Part shown: in pieces, positions 46,874 through 57,800 of the stretch
Layout of the letters: the number at the start of each line of letters is the position of its first letter
How positions within the stretch are numbered: the first letter of the stretch is position 1
Assembly: GCA_028864975.1 (NCBI GenBank)
Contig: JAGWLG010000005.1
Location: 32,001-96,000, forward strand
Length of the DNA: 64,000 nt
Reading direction: 5' to 3'
From: Thermoplasmata archaeon
Lineage (GTDB): Archaea > Thermoplasmatota > Thermoplasmata > Lutacidiplasmatales > UBA184
Notes under the pieces: model-generated
The model's input: only the letters and a program-made list of their open reading frames with translations
Databases searched by the model: none
What the model was told of the DNA's origin: nothing
Position numbers and translations under genes: made by a program

Positions 46874-49704
46874 GCCTCGTTCCCTCCCCCCCGCTCCCCC
46901 CATGGACCGAGGTCTGGGCCCTCGAGGAGGAACGGAGCGCCTCGCCCCTCCTCCTCGGTTGGGTCCGGGCCCTCCGAGCCGCCCCGGGGGAGCTCCTCGT
47001 GGTGGAGCAGGAGCGCGGACCCGAGGGCGCCTTCCTCCGGGTCCGGCTCCGGAGGGAACTGCGGGACACGGTCGCGCGGACGCCCCACCTGCAGAACTTC
47101 CGGCTGACCGAGCACCACCCCGCGATCGTGCCCTTCCCTCCAGGACTTCGTGGCGCCGCCGCCTTCGGCATGGTCGCGTGGTCGCCGGAGGAGCGCCTCG
47201 CCCCCATGCCAGGGAACCCGCGGGGCCCTGCGCCCTCCGACGCCGCCCGGGCGATGGGCTCGCTGGGGAGCTGCGGGCAGAGGCCTGCGGCACGTTGGGT
47301 CGTCCAGGGGCTGTTCTGGTACGACCCTCGTCTCGACCTCCAGGCGACGGTGCGCCTCTACGCCGAGGCCCCGAGCCCGCGGGTGGCGGAATCGGTCCGG
47401 GACGAGGTTGGGCTCGCCCTGGCGGCGGAGCTCGGAGGCAGCTTCGTTCCCTGGGCCCCCGGCTCCCCCGCCCACCAGTGTGCCCAGCAGGAGTGGGAGG
47501 ACCACGCGGCGCTCCGGTTCTGCAGCGGGCCGGTCGCGCCTCCCCGCGCCGAGGAGCTCTCGCGCCCTTGGCGGGTGCCCTGTCCGCAGGGAGAGCCGCT
47601 CGGGCCCTCCCTCCCCGACTCCAGGCGGGGGGTGGTCCTGGGCACCGGGTGGGGGACGGGGGAGCCGGCGCGGATCGACCCCGTTTCGCTTCTGCGTCAC
47701 GTCGCGGTGGTGGGAGCGACCGGGAGCGGAAAGACCCAGCTCCTGGCCCACCTTTCGGTGGAGAGCCTTCTTCGCGCGGGGGTCCCGTTCGTCGTCTTCG
47801 ACCTTCACGGAGACCTGGGGCCTTCGGTCCTGGCTCGCCTGGGACCCGGCTTCGCCTCACGAGTGGTCGTCATGGACGCCACCCGCGACCCGTCGCGCGG
47901 GATCGTGGGGATGGACGTCCTCGGATGGGAGGACGGACCGGGACCGGGGGGAGGCGGACTATCCGAAGTCCAGGAGGACCTCCTTGCGGGGGAAGTGCTC
48001 TCGGCGCTACGACCCCTTGGAGGAGGACGGGAGGAGTACTGGGGACCTCGGATGGAACGCTATCTGGAGGCGGGGGTGCGCGCCGAGCTCGAGACGCACG
48101 GCACGCTGCTGGACGTCGCGAAGCTCCTTCACCACCCTCTGGACGTGGCCCCCGTGCTCGCGTCGTCCGTACGGAACCCCGAGCTCGCCCTAGCCCTCCG
48201 GGAACTGCCCCAGCTGCTCCGACGCCAGCCCGACCTGCTCTCTTCGAGCCAGAACCGGGTGTCGAAGTTGCTGCTCTCCCCTCGCGTCGCGGCGCTGGTC
48301 GCCGCTCACGAGCCCGCGCTACGGCCCGAGGAGGTCCTGGGAGGGAGGCGGAGCCTCATCCTCCACCTTCCCCGCGGTGCACTGGGCGAAGGGGTCACGA
48401 CGTTCGTCGCGAACCTCCTCCTGGCGCGGACGTTCCTGGGACTTCTGCGGGCCCCACCGCGAAGCGACCGGGCCGCGCCACGGGCGCTCCTCGTGCTGGA
48501 CGAAGCGCAGGCCTACTCGCCCCGGTTGCTCCGCACGATCGTCGAGGAGGGCCGCAAGTTCGGGGTCGCCTGTGTCTTTGCGACCCAGGCGCCTGGGAGG
48601 ATGACCGAGCTCCTGGGACGCGCTCCGGTCGACGCGGCGGGGACCCTCGTCGCGCTCCACCTGCCTCCAGCCGAAGCAGGAGGGGTGGCCATGGCGCTCG
48701 CCCCATCTTCGGGGCACTTGGGAAACGAGACGCGGGAGCTCGGGTCGAGCCTGGCGACGCTGCCTCCCCATGCCGCCTGGGTCTGCCGGTACGGTTCCTC
48801 GACGCCGGAGCTGCTCCGACTTCCGGGGAGCTTGCCGTCGAACGTCGAGCTCTGGACGTGGGCAAGCGACCGGTCCGCGGAGGAGCATGGAACGCGGACC
48901 CAACCGCTGGACGTACAGGGGGAGCGACGGAGCGCTTCGGAGGAGGAGGCGCTCCGGGAGGTCCTCCTCCGGGTCCTGCGAGACGAGTGCCGCGGATGCC
49001 CCCTGGACCTCGGTGGTGAGTCCGCGGACCGAACGCGGTTCGTCGCCGCGCCCACTCGCGGGCAGATGGAGGACGCTCTGCGATGGGCGGAGAAGCGAGG
49101 CTGGGTGAGGCGTCTCGCTCCCCAGGTCGGAGGAGGGGGCACCTACGAGCTCACGGAGAGCGGCTGGATGCGCCTTGGCTACCGTGAGGAGGCCGGTGCT
49201 CCGCGGGAGAGCGCCGAGCACCGTCGGCTGCTGAAGGCGGCCTTCCGCCATTTCTCCCGGCGGGGATACCTCCTGCAGATCCCCCGACAGGGCGAATTGG
49301 ACCACGCCACGGCCGACGCGGTGCTGCGCGTGCTTCCCCAAGGAGAGCTGGGGCGCCCCATGGCGCCCTTCGAGCTCCTGGAGCGTCTCGAGGCGGCGCG
49401 AGCGCGTTGGCCCTGGACCCTGACGGGGGGGAGGGACCTCTACGTGGAGGCCGAGGTCAGCAGCGTCCGAAACGATGAGCGGCTGGGCCGGTCCCTCTCG
49501 AAAGCGCTCCGCGCACGGGCGAGCGTGCTCTTCCTCGTCGGGACCGACGAGGACGCGCTTCGGGTCGAGAAGTTCCTGGACTCCCGGGAGGTCTCCCCGG
49601 AACGGGCCCTGATCTGGGTCTTCCGGGAGTCCGCCCGGGGAGACTGCGAGGAATATAGACCTCGGACAGATGGTGAGGTGCGGAGCGGAGGGGAGGTCAA
49701 GTGA
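46870..49704 (+). CDS. VirD4/TraD/HerA-like (DUF87-type) ATPase with C-terminal winged-helix and nuclease-like region
   Basis: RHVAVVGATGSGKT, VVFDLHGDL, YWGPRMERYL, LLVLDEAQAY, EEGRKFGVACVFATQ; C-terminal TYELTESGW, ESAEHRRLL, ADAV..LYVEAEVS; start GTG 46870. Confidence 0.8.
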   Translation: MSLVPSPPLPPWTEVWALEEERSASPLLLGWVRALRAAPGELLVVEQERGPEGAFLRVRLRRELRDTVARTPHLQNFRLTEHHPAIVPFPPGLRGAAAFGMVAWSPEERLAPMPGNPRGPAPSDAARAMGSLGSCGQRPAARWVVQGLFWYDPRLDLQATVRLYAEAPSPRVAESVRDEVGLALAAELGGSFVPWAPGSPAHQCAQQEWEDHAALRFCSGPVAPPRAEELSRPWRVPCPQGEPLGPSLPDSRRGVVLGTGWGTGEPARIDPVSLLRHVAVVGATGSGKTQLLAHLSVESLLRAGVPFVVFDLHGDLGPSVLARLGPGFASRVVVMDATRDPSRGIVGMDVLGWEDGPGPGGGGLSEVQEDLLAGEVLSALRPLGGGREEYWGPRMERYLEAGVRAELETHGTLLDVAKLLHHPLDVAPVLASSVRNPELALALRELPQLLRRQPDLLSSSQNRVSKLLLSPRVAALVAAHEPALRPEEVLGGRRSLILHLPRGALGEGVTTFVANLLLARTFLGLLRAPPRSDRAAPRALLVLDEAQAYSPRLLRTIVEEGRKFGVACVFATQAPGRMTELLGRAPVDAAGTLVALHLPPAEAGGVAMALAPSSGHLGNETRELGSSLATLPPHAAWVCRYGSSTPELLRLPGSLPSNVELWTWASDRSAEEHGTRTQPLDVQGERRSASEEEALREVLLRVLRDECRGCPLDLGGESADRTRFVAAPTRGQMEDALRWAEKRGWVRRLAPQVGGGGTYELTESGWMRLGYREEAGAPRESAEHRRLLKAAFRHFSRRGYLLQIPRQGELDHATADAVLRVLPQGELGRPMAPFELLERLEAARARWPWTLTGGRDLYVEAEVSSVRNDERLGRSLSKALRARASVLFLVGTDEDALRVEKFLDSREVSPERALIWVFRESARGDCEEYRPRTDGEVRSGGEVK

Positions 49705-50819
49705 CCGGGTCGGAGGTCCTGGAGGCGCCCTCCGCGGGCGACCGGGGGGTGAGGAGGGGCCGGGCCCGCCCCCTGCCCGCTTCGGGACCACGGTCCCCTC
49801 CTCCCGCCCTCGGGGGCAGCAACCTGTTGCTGGAAGGCGACAACCTTCTCTGGCTCCGAGCGCTCGCGCACGACCCGACGATCGCCGGAAAGGTCGCGCT
49901 CGTCTACATCGACCCTCCTTTCTCCACGGGCCATAGCTTCCCCGCCTCTCGCACGGCCGACGAGATCGCGTTCGATGACCGGCTGACCGGGGGGCCGTTC
50001 CTCACCTTCCTTCGCGAGAGGTTGGAAGGGCTTCGGCAGCTCCTCTCCGACCGTGGTTCGATCTATCTGCACATCGACAACAAGGTCGGCCACAAGGTCC
50101 GGCTCCTCCTCGACGAGGTGTTCGGCGAAGAACGGTTCATCAACGAGATCGCGCGGATCAAGTGCAATCCCAAGAACTTCTCCCGCGCGGCGTTCGGGAA
50201 CGTCAAGGATGTGCTCTTCTTCTACAGCAAGACCCCCCATCGGGTCTGGAACGAGTCGCGGGAACCGGTGCCCGTGGAGGACATCGCGCGACTCTTCCCC
50301 AAGACCGACGCGCAAGGGCGGCGGTACACGACCAACCCGCTCCATGCCCCCGGGGTCACCCAGGACGGTCCGACCGGCCGACCCTGGAAGGGGATCCCTC
50401 CGCCGGTGGGGCGCCACTGGAGGTACGCTCCCGCCGTGCTGACGCGGCTCGACGAACAAGGACGGATCGAGTGGTCGGAGCGAGGGAACCCTCGCGTGCG
50501 GATCTACGCGGACGAGAAGGTCCCTCGGGGAAAGAAGCGCCAGGACATCTGGGAGTTCAAGGACCCCCCGTACCCCTCCTACCCGACCGAGAAGAGCCTG
50601 GACCTCCTGCGGACCATCGTGGCCGCTTCCTCCTCCCCGGGGGACCTGGTGTTGGACGCCTTCTGCGGGAGCGGGACGACCCTCGTCGCCGCGCAGGAGC
50701 TTGACCGACGATGGGTCGGTATCGATGCTTCCTCCCAAGCCATCCGTGTGGCGCGCAAGCGCCTGGAAGAGGTCGGGTCGGTCTTCGAGCTCCGCCGCTC
50801 TCCCCCTGGGGCGAGGTGA
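49701..50819 (+). CDS. Site-specific amino (N6-A/N4-C) DNA methyltransferase, beta class / Mod-like
   Basis: LLEGDNL, VYIDPPF, YPTEKS..LL..IV..SS.PGDLVLDAFCGSGTTLVAAQELDRRWVGID. Confidence 0.9.
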   Translation: MTGSEVLEAPSAGDRGVRRGRARPLPASGPRSPPPALGGSNLLLEGDNLLWLRALAHDPTIAGKVALVYIDPPFSTGHSFPASRTADEIAFDDRLTGGPFLTFLRERLEGLRQLLSDRGSIYLHIDNKVGHKVRLLLDEVFGEERFINEIARIKCNPKNFSRAAFGNVKDVLFFYSKTPHRVWNESREPVPVEDIARLFPKTDAQGRRYTTNPLHAPGVTQDGPTGRPWKGIPPPVGRHWRYAPAVLTRLDEQGRIEWSERGNPRVRIYADEKVPRGKKRQDIWEFKDPPYPSYPTEKSLDLLRTIVAASSSPGDLVLDAFCGSGTTLVAAQELDRRWVGIDASSQAIRVARKRLEEVGSVFELRRSPPGAR

Positions 50820-50822
50820 CGG

Positions 50823-51359
50823 GTGCGCCTTTTCGTCGCGGTGGACACTCCCGCGTTCCACCTCCCCGGTCTGGGGCCCTCCTCCCACGACGGCTCGGCC
50901 CCCGCTCATCTCACGCTCAAGTTCTTGGGCGAGGTGCCGGAAGAGCGCCTAGGGGAGATCGGCCACGCGCTCGAGCGGGGGCTTCAGGGTGCCTCCGCCT
51001 TTCCCATCACCTTGCGGGGCATGGGGGTGTTTCCCTCGCGTTCGCGCCCCCGCGTGCTCTGGGTCGGCGTCTCGCAGGGAGCGAAGGAGCTCTCCGATCT
51101 CGCCCGACGTACCGAGGGGGCGCTCCAGGGGTTGGGGTTCGCTCCCGAGGAGCACCCGTTCTCCCCTCACGTCACCGTGCGTCGGTTCCGACCGGGCGCC
51201 TCCACCAGCTCCGTCCCCGCCCTCCTCGAGCGGCACGCGGAGACCATCTTCGCCTCCGGCTGGGTGCGATCGGTCGAGCTCAAGGCGAGCCAGCTTTCGT
51301 CGGAGGGGGCACGGCACACGACGCTGCTGCGCGTCCCCTTGGGCTCCCCCCCATCGTAG
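50823..51359 (+). CDS. thpR: RNA 2',3'-cyclic phosphodiesterase (2'-5' RNA ligase family)
   Basis: MRLFVAV, HLTLKFLG and FSPHVTV (two HxT motifs), PRVLWVG. Confidence 0.9.
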   Translation: MRLFVAVDTPAFHLPGLGPSSHDGSAPAHLTLKFLGEVPEERLGEIGHALERGLQGASAFPITLRGMGVFPSRSRPRVLWVGVSQGAKELSDLARRTEGALQGLGFAPEEHPFSPHVTVRRFRPGASTSSVPALLERHAETIFASGWVRSVELKASQLSSEGARHTTLLRVPLGSPPS

Positions 51360-51482
51360 TTCGGCATCGGATGCGTATTGTAGGGCTCCTCGAGGAGAAC
51401 TCGAAGGGTCCGGCTTCCGATTTGCGCATCGTTGGGGAATCTTCGGGGGGTCAAGTCTAATTTAGAGGCACTTTTCTCCACC

Positions 51483-51629
51483 ATGACCCAACATGCCGAT
51501 GGTCATGATGGTCCTCTCGCCGAAGGACCACCGAACGCTCTCGCAGGCCTGGCGGACGGCGAGAAGTGGGCTCAACTCGGGTACACGTCGAAGGATGGGC
51601 CTGCGCGGACGCTCCTCCTTGATGCGTGA
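51483..51629 (+). CDS. Small hypothetical protein (48 aa)
   Basis: ATG about 25 bp below TCTAATTTAG; stop overlaps the next ATG. Confidence 0.35.
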   Translation: MTQHADGHDGPLAEGPPNALAGLADGEKWAQLGYTSKDGPARTLLLDA

Positions 51630-51834
51630 GCTCATCCTCTGGGGGTTCGAGGAGGCCTCTCGGGACCCCGAGGCCTTCCTGCGCTTCGTGCGTGACTCTC
51701 GCGACCCCTTCTTCGGGAAGACGGACGGCAGGAGCGACCCCGCGGGGGCGCGCCGTGAGGAACTCCTCATCTCCTGGTCGCGCGCCTTCGGGCCGATGGA
51801 CGGTGGGGCATCCCGCCGTCGTCGGGGTCCTTGA
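51622..51834 (+). CDS. Small hypothetical protein (70 aa)
   Basis: MRELILWGFEEASRDPEAFLRFVRD..., overlapping the previous stop. Confidence 0.4.
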   Translation: MRELILWGFEEASRDPEAFLRFVRDSRDPFFGKTDGRSDPAGARREELLISWSRAFGPMDGGASRRRRGP

Positions 51835-51855
51835 GCGGCCGCCGCCCTAACCTCG

Positions 51856-53028
51856 CTAGCCCAGCTGGATCCCTTCCACGGCCCGTCCTCCGGCCTGACG
51901 CAGGAAGCGCTCCGGAGCGAACATCGCAGGGTCGAGGTCCGTTGTCCTCCCCAGCACCATTTGCGCCACCCGTGGCCCGGCGGCGGGGGCGAGCATGAAC
52001 CCGTGTCCGCCGAAGCCATTCGCCTGGAAGAACCCGAGGAGCCGGGGGTCCTCTCCGAGAACGGGGAGCCCGTCCGGGGTGTCGTCGTAGAACCCGGCCC
52101 AAGAACGGAGCACACGGACCTGGGCGAGCCTCGGGACGAGGGCGACCAGCTCCTTCGCGAACTCCCGAAGGAACTCGAGCGAGGAGGGCATCCCTCCGGC
52201 CGGACCCGAGGGATGGGCGAGGGAGAGTCCGCCGATCACCTCCCCTCGCATGGACTGCGAGAAGTAGACCCCCCGACGTAGCGTCACGATCATGGGATCG
52301 AGGAACGGCTTCAGCGGCTCCGTGGCGAGGATCTCATGGCGGGTGGGGGTGTTGGGCATCGAGAGGCCTGCAAGAGCCCCCACGTCCCTCGACCAGCCTC
52401 CCGCCGCGTTCACGACCTTCGAGGTGCGGACGCTCCCGGCGGAGGTCTTGACCGCCCGCACCGCGCCATCGCCTTGCTCGAAGCCGAGGACCTCCGTCCG
52501 CATCGCCACCTCGACCCCCGCGCGCTGGAGGGTGCGATAGAGGCCCCAGAGGACCGGGAAGGGGAAGATCACCCCGTCGGAGCGGAGGTAGGAGCCTCCC
52601 ACGATCCGCTCCGGGTCGAGCGCGGGGACCCGGCGCAGGATCTCGGGGGTGGAGAGCCACTCGAGACGCAGCCCCTCGGACCGGACCGCCGCGTCCACGC
52701 GGCGCAGTCGCTCCTCTTCTTCGGCCGAGAACGCCAGGAAGAGGTACCCCCCTTGGCGGAACCACGGGTTGTAGCCGAACTCCAGAGGGAACCGACGGTA
52801 GGCCTCCACGGCCTCCTTCGCCAGCCTCACGGTCGGGACGGTCTCCCACTGCTGTCGGACGCCTCCACCGTTCCGCCCGGAGGCTCCCGACGAGAGGAAC
52901 CCGCGGTCGACGACGAGGATACGCTCCGGGTCGAGATGGCGCGAAAGATGGTAGGCGGTGAAGAGCCCCATGACGCCGCCGCCGACGACGACGACCTCGT
53001 AGTCCTGGCGCCGGAACTTGGGCGTCAT
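51856..53028 (-). CDS. FAD-dependent oxidoreductase, proline dehydrogenase/sarcosine oxidase beta-subunit-like
   Basis: VVVVGGGVMG, SGASGRNGGGVR, VVNAAGGWS, WAGFYDDTPDGLPVLG, GFGGHGFMLAP; start ATG 53028. Confidence 0.9.
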   Translation of the reverse strand: MTPKFRRQDYEVVVVGGGVMGLFTAYHLSRHLDPERILVVDRGFLSSGASGRNGGGVRQQWETVPTVRLAKEAVEAYRRFPLEFGYNPWFRQGGYLFLAFSAEEEERLRRVDAAVRSEGLRLEWLSTPEILRRVPALDPERIVGGSYLRSDGVIFPFPVLWGLYRTLQRAGVEVAMRTEVLGFEQGDGAVRAVKTSAGSVRTSKVVNAAGGWSRDVGALAGLSMPNTPTRHEILATEPLKPFLDPMIVTLRRGVYFSQSMRGEVIGGLSLAHPSGPAGGMPSSLEFLREFAKELVALVPRLAQVRVLRSWAGFYDDTPDGLPVLGEDPRLLGFFQANGFGGHGFMLAPAAGPRVAQMVLGRTTDLDPAMFAPERFLRQAGGRAVEGIQLG

Positions 53029-54782
53029 GCTCCTCCGGAGGCGGGTGACCGCGTCGCAGGAGGAGCCCCGAGCTCTTCCAGGGCGGGTGGAACCCCGCCC
53101 GCAGGAAGGCGCGCAAGGTCCCCGAGGGGGACGGGCCAGACCGGAGGGCGCTGGGTGATGAACCCGACCTCGCTGGGGGGTCGTCCCTCGAGGATCGAGA
53201 GCAGCAGCAGCACGTCCGGCAGGCAGTAACGGCCCTGGCAGATCCCCGTCCCAGCCCCCGTGAAACGCTTGACCACCTCCGTGCCGGTGAACCCCTCGTG
53301 GACGGCCTCGTCCAGCTCCTCCAGGACGACATCCTCGCACGGGCAGAGCACGCGCTTCCCCAACCACGGTTGCTCGAGCAGTTCCCGGTAGTAGGCGAGG
53401 AGCACGTTCGGGCCCTCCGCCCGGACCCGTCCCGGAAGCTCCACATCGGGTCGCCGAAACGATGCCCCCTCGAGCATGCCCTGGACCGCACGGTCCACGG
53501 AAGCCTCGAGGGCAAGGGTCTCCACGAAGCCCGCCCCCTCTCCCGCGGCGTAGATGCGCGGCACCGAGGTACAGCCGGACGCGTCAAGGTCGGGGTAGAA
53601 CGCCCCGGTGCCTTCCCTCCAGTGCATCTTCGCTCCGACCTGAAAGTAGAGGGGGACGTTCGGGACACGTCGGTGCGCGAGGACGATCGCGTCGACCTTC
53701 ATCGAGGTCCGCTGTCCGGTCTTCCGGTCGCGGAGGAGGGCCCCGTGCACCCGACGCCGGCCCTTCGAGGCCACGAGAAGATGTCCCGGGTACGTCGGGA
53801 CGGAAAGCGCCTTGGCGGTCGACCCTGTCGCGGCCTCGAGCGGCCCCGGGGCGGCGACCGCGGCGACGCGCCCTTTGAGAAGCTTGATGAGCGTTTCCGC
53901 GCGGCGGCCGCCTCCGAAGATGAGCGCCCGCCGGAAGGGGACCCTCCCTCCTTGGCGCAAGGCGAGAGCCCCGTCCGCGGTGAGGACCCCAGGACGGTCG
54001 TTACCGGTGAAGAGGAGGAACGCATCGTACCCCCCCGGGGCCAGGAGGACCTTCGAGGCCCAGACCTCCACCGCGCCGCCGCCCTCCCTCGCGGCGATCC
54101 CGACGAACGGCGCTGCGCTCGTCGCCGGCGGGGGGAGGAAGAGCAGCGACGTCCGTCGCTCGACGTGCAGGTTCGGGGGAAGCGGACCTTTCCCGAGCGC
54201 GGACGCCCCCCCGCGGTCGAGCAGGCGTACTGAACGGTGCCCGGGCGCATCGGCAAGAGCACGTGCGGCACGGGACCCGGACGCGCCTCCGCCGACCACT
54301 AGGTAGGTGCTGAGCAAGGGACCCGCCCGAGGGTCGGGTCCGAGCGATCCCTCGGTCGGAGAGGTGGGGAGCTTTCCGGTACCGGCAAGCCGACGGACCA
54401 CGGCATGATACGCGGGCCGAAGGAAGAGCGGTCGACGGAACCCATGCAGGGTGTCCAGATGTCGTGGGAAGATCAGGTCGAACGCTCCGAAGAGGTCGAG
54501 CCTCACGGAGGGCCACGCGTTCTCCGTTCGGATCCGGTCCCCTTCCTGGGGGAACGTCCGACAGGCACGCTGGTTCGGGGCTCCGTTGACGCGAACGAGG
54601 CAGCTCGCACACTGCCCCGTGCCACAAAGAGGACCCCGGGGGCGGTGGTACTTGATCGACCGGGAGAGGATCGGCACCCTTCTCCGGGAGAGCGCCTGCA
54701 GGAGCGTCTCCCCCGGGATGGCCGAGGAGTAGAGCCCGTCGAAGGTGAAACGCACTGGGGGGGTGAGCTTCCGACGCGCCAA
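53025..54782 (-). CDS. Proline dehydrogenase/sarcosine oxidase alpha-subunit-like (2Fe-2S + FAD/NAD-binding + BFD-like Cys domain)
   Basis: SRSIKYHRPRGPLCGTGQCASCLVRVNG, VVGGGASG, GNDRPGV, LCPCEDV..KRFTGAGTGICQGRYC; TTG start 54782 chosen. Confidence 0.85.
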   Translation of the reverse strand: MARRKLTPPVRFTFDGLYSSAIPGETLLQALSRRRVPILSRSIKYHRPRGPLCGTGQCASCLVRVNGAPNQRACRTFPQEGDRIRTENAWPSVRLDLFGAFDLIFPRHLDTLHGFRRPLFLRPAYHAVVRRLAGTGKLPTSPTEGSLGPDPRAGPLLSTYLVVGGGASGSRAARALADAPGHRSVRLLDRGGASALGKGPLPPNLHVERRTSLLFLPPPATSAAPFVGIAAREGGGAVEVWASKVLLAPGGYDAFLLFTGNDRPGVLTADGALALRQGGRVPFRRALIFGGGRRAETLIKLLKGRVAAVAAPGPLEAATGSTAKALSVPTYPGHLLVASKGRRRVHGALLRDRKTGQRTSMKVDAIVLAHRRVPNVPLYFQVGAKMHWREGTGAFYPDLDASGCTSVPRIYAAGEGAGFVETLALEASVDRAVQGMLEGASFRRPDVELPGRVRAEGPNVLLAYYRELLEQPWLGKRVLCPCEDVVLEELDEAVHEGFTGTEVVKRFTGAGTGICQGRYCLPDVLLLLSILEGRPPSEVGFITQRPPVWPVPLGDLARLPAGGVPPALEELGAPPATRSPASGGA

Positions 54783-54865
54783 GGACCACCAGGGTCCCCC
54801 TTTCCTGACAGGGCGAAAAGACCTTCGGCGCCTCCGCGGAGCGCTTCGACTGAAAGCCAAGGGCT

Positions 54866-57800
54866 TTGAAGGGTCGCTTTCCTCGAAGCAGCGTGCGGTG
54901 GTTGTCGAGATGCCCGGGCGGGCCCTTCCGATCCCTTGGCGGGGAGGCTTGGAGCGGAACCCTTGCATCGACGCCCCGGGGCTCCGAGCTCCGCATCGGC
55001 GTGCTCGCGGTGATGCTGGTGCTCCTCTCCTCCTCGCTTCCCCTCGCCTTCTCCGCGGCCGACCACCCCGCGGTTCTGTCCCCGTCCTCCATCGGGAGCG
55101 CGGTCGGCTCGCCCCGAGGGAACGAGATCCAGGTTCCCGCGGTTCCCGAAGGGCTGCCCACCCCCTCCGCCCCGCCCGCGCCGCCCTCCCTTCCGCCTCC
55201 GCCCGTAGTGGGGTGGCCGACCCCGCGTGGACCGGCGACCGAGAACGGGAGCTCGACGGGATTCGCCCCTGAGGTCCCTTCCGCGGGCTCGCCCCCCAGC
55301 CTCCTGGGCGTTGCCGCGCTCGGCCGGGCGGCTAGCAATCTCACCGGCATGGCGGTCTCGCCCGGGGGCCCCCTCCTCCTCGCCCTGCGGAACGGCACCG
55401 TCGGGGCGTTCGGAGCGCAGGACCTGGCGCCGCTCTGGACCGCGAAGGCCCACGAACCCCTCGTCGCCGGCCCCACGACCGTCGGTGGCCTCGTCTACGC
55501 CATGGGAAGTTCCGGTCGGCTCTTCGCCTGGGACGTGGGGAGCGGAGTCCAGGTCTGGAACACCTCCCTCGGCGCCCCCGACCTTGGCGCCGCGCCCGTG
55601 CCCTACCAGGGGGACCTCTTCGTCCTCACCCAGAAGAACCTCTCGGTGGTCAACGGCACGACCGGCGCGCTCCTCTTCGTCGGAGGGAACTCCTCCGCGG
55701 ACCCCACGCACGCCCTCGCCGTCTCGGGAGGACTCCTCTACGCCCAAGCCGTAGGGGGTCTCGATGCCTTCACCGCCTTCGGTCGCCTCTGGAACTTCAC
55801 CCCTCAGTTCTTCACCCACGAAGGGGCACCTCTCTTCTCCGACGGCCTTGTGGCTGTCGCCGGTCCCTCGGGGAACCTCTCCGGAGGGCTCAACGGTCCC
55901 CACGTCTGGAAGGTCCGGCTCAACAGCGGGCACGCCCCCCTGCTTGAGGCCGCGGCCTCGAACGGTCGGATCTACGCTACGGACGGGGTCGGACCGCTCC
56001 ACGCCCTGGAGGCTTCGTCGGGCAACTCCCTTTGGGAGACCTCCTTCTACACGGAGGGCCCCCCGACCGCGGTGGGGCAGCAGGTCTTCGTCGGCGCGAA
56101 CCTGACGGCCCTGGGTGACGGCGTCGCCGCGGTCAACGCCACCACGGGGGCGCTGCTCTGGTTCTTCGAGACGGCGAAGCCGGTCAATTCGACCGTCGTG
56201 GTCGCGGACGGGGACCTCTACGCCATGGACGAGAGCGGGAACTTGACGGCCCTCGGCTCCCCTCCCCTCCAGGTCTTCGCCTCCTCCAGCCCGACGGCCG
56301 ACGCGGGCGTGGGGACGCCCTTCACCTTCACCGCTTGGACGTCGGGCGGTGCAGGTTCTCCCCTCCAGTTCTCCTGGATGTTCTCGGACGGGGCCAAGAA
56401 CGTGGGCAGCTCGGTCCAGCATGCGTTCAGTGTCGCGGGTCCGGCGTGGGCCCAGGTGATCGCCAGCGACCAGGAAGGTGCCTGGGCGGGTCCCTTCGTG
56501 GTCAACGTGACCGTGGACCCGGCGCTCACGGCGAAGCTCCAACTGAGCCCTTCGAGCGGGCCGGCCCCCTTCTGGACGAATGCCACCGTTACCGTCGCCG
56601 GAGGGCACGCGCCCTATTCGCTCTCTCTCCAGGTCCAAGGTACCCAGCCCGAGTGGTTGCACCCGGCCTCGCTCAACTCCGCGCTCAACTTCACGCTCCC
56701 CGGGACCGACTGGGTGACCGCGTCGGTCAACGACACCGTCGGGGACAGGACCCTCTTCGGCCCCGTCCAGGTCGTCGTGACCCCGGCGGCGTTCGCTCCG
56801 CCCTCCGTCCAGTTGGTCGCTCCCACTCCCGGCGCCCTCTGGGTGCTGTGGAACGCTCCGCCCGAACCGGGCTTCGAGGCGTGGGTCGTCAATGTTTCGA
56901 TCGACCACGGCGCGGCCATGCAGAGCGTGCGCCTGGCGGCCACCAACGCTTCCTCCTACCTCTTCGGAGGCCTTTCGATGGACAGCCAGCTCTCCGTCCA
57001 GGTCGCGCGGGAGACGAGCTTCGGCTGGTTCGCTTCCACCCCGATCAACACCACGACCGCCCTGGTGGCCCCCACGATCTCCGCCGCCGCGACCCCAGGG
57101 TTCCCGGGGCAGGCCACGCTCTCCTGGTCGCTCGCGGTCCCGATCGACCTTCACCAGGGCAACGCCACCTGGACGGTGAACATGAGCCTCCCCGGCAGCT
57201 CGGCGCCCACCTCCCTACCCGCGTCGGCCCCCGTCGACGGGATCGGCGAGTTCGTCGCTCCCGTCGTGCCCGACCTCGCCTCCACCGAGTTCCAACTGTA
57301 TGTCCATACCTTCGACGCCCATGCTCTGAGCCCTGCGGTCTCCTTCGCCCCTCTCCTCTCCCCGCCTACGCTCCAGGTCGTCGGCGGACCCCTCGGGCTC
57401 CACGTCTCGTGGAACGCGGCATCCCTGCCGGAGTTCTCTTCCGTCCGGGTCTGCTATAGCACGGACCTCACCACGTGGTCCTGCCCGTTCAACGACCCCT
57501 CTCCCGTCAACACCTCGTGGGTCGTCGTCCCGAGGGCCGGCACCTACGATGTGAACGTGACCGCGGTCGCCGGCAACGGATTTGCGGCCTCCTCCACGGT
57601 CGTGGTCGCGACCGTCCTGCCGGGAACGACCGGGGCGATCTGGTATGCGACCCCCTTGGTGGGGGTCCCCTTCTGGTTCTGGGCCTTCTTCGTGCTCCTC
57701 GTGGTCGCCCTCTTCTGGGTCGGCTCGAGGCTGCTCCGCGAGCGTCGGGGCATCCCCCCCTATCTCGGGGAGGTCATGCCCTGGGACCCTCTCGCCCCCG

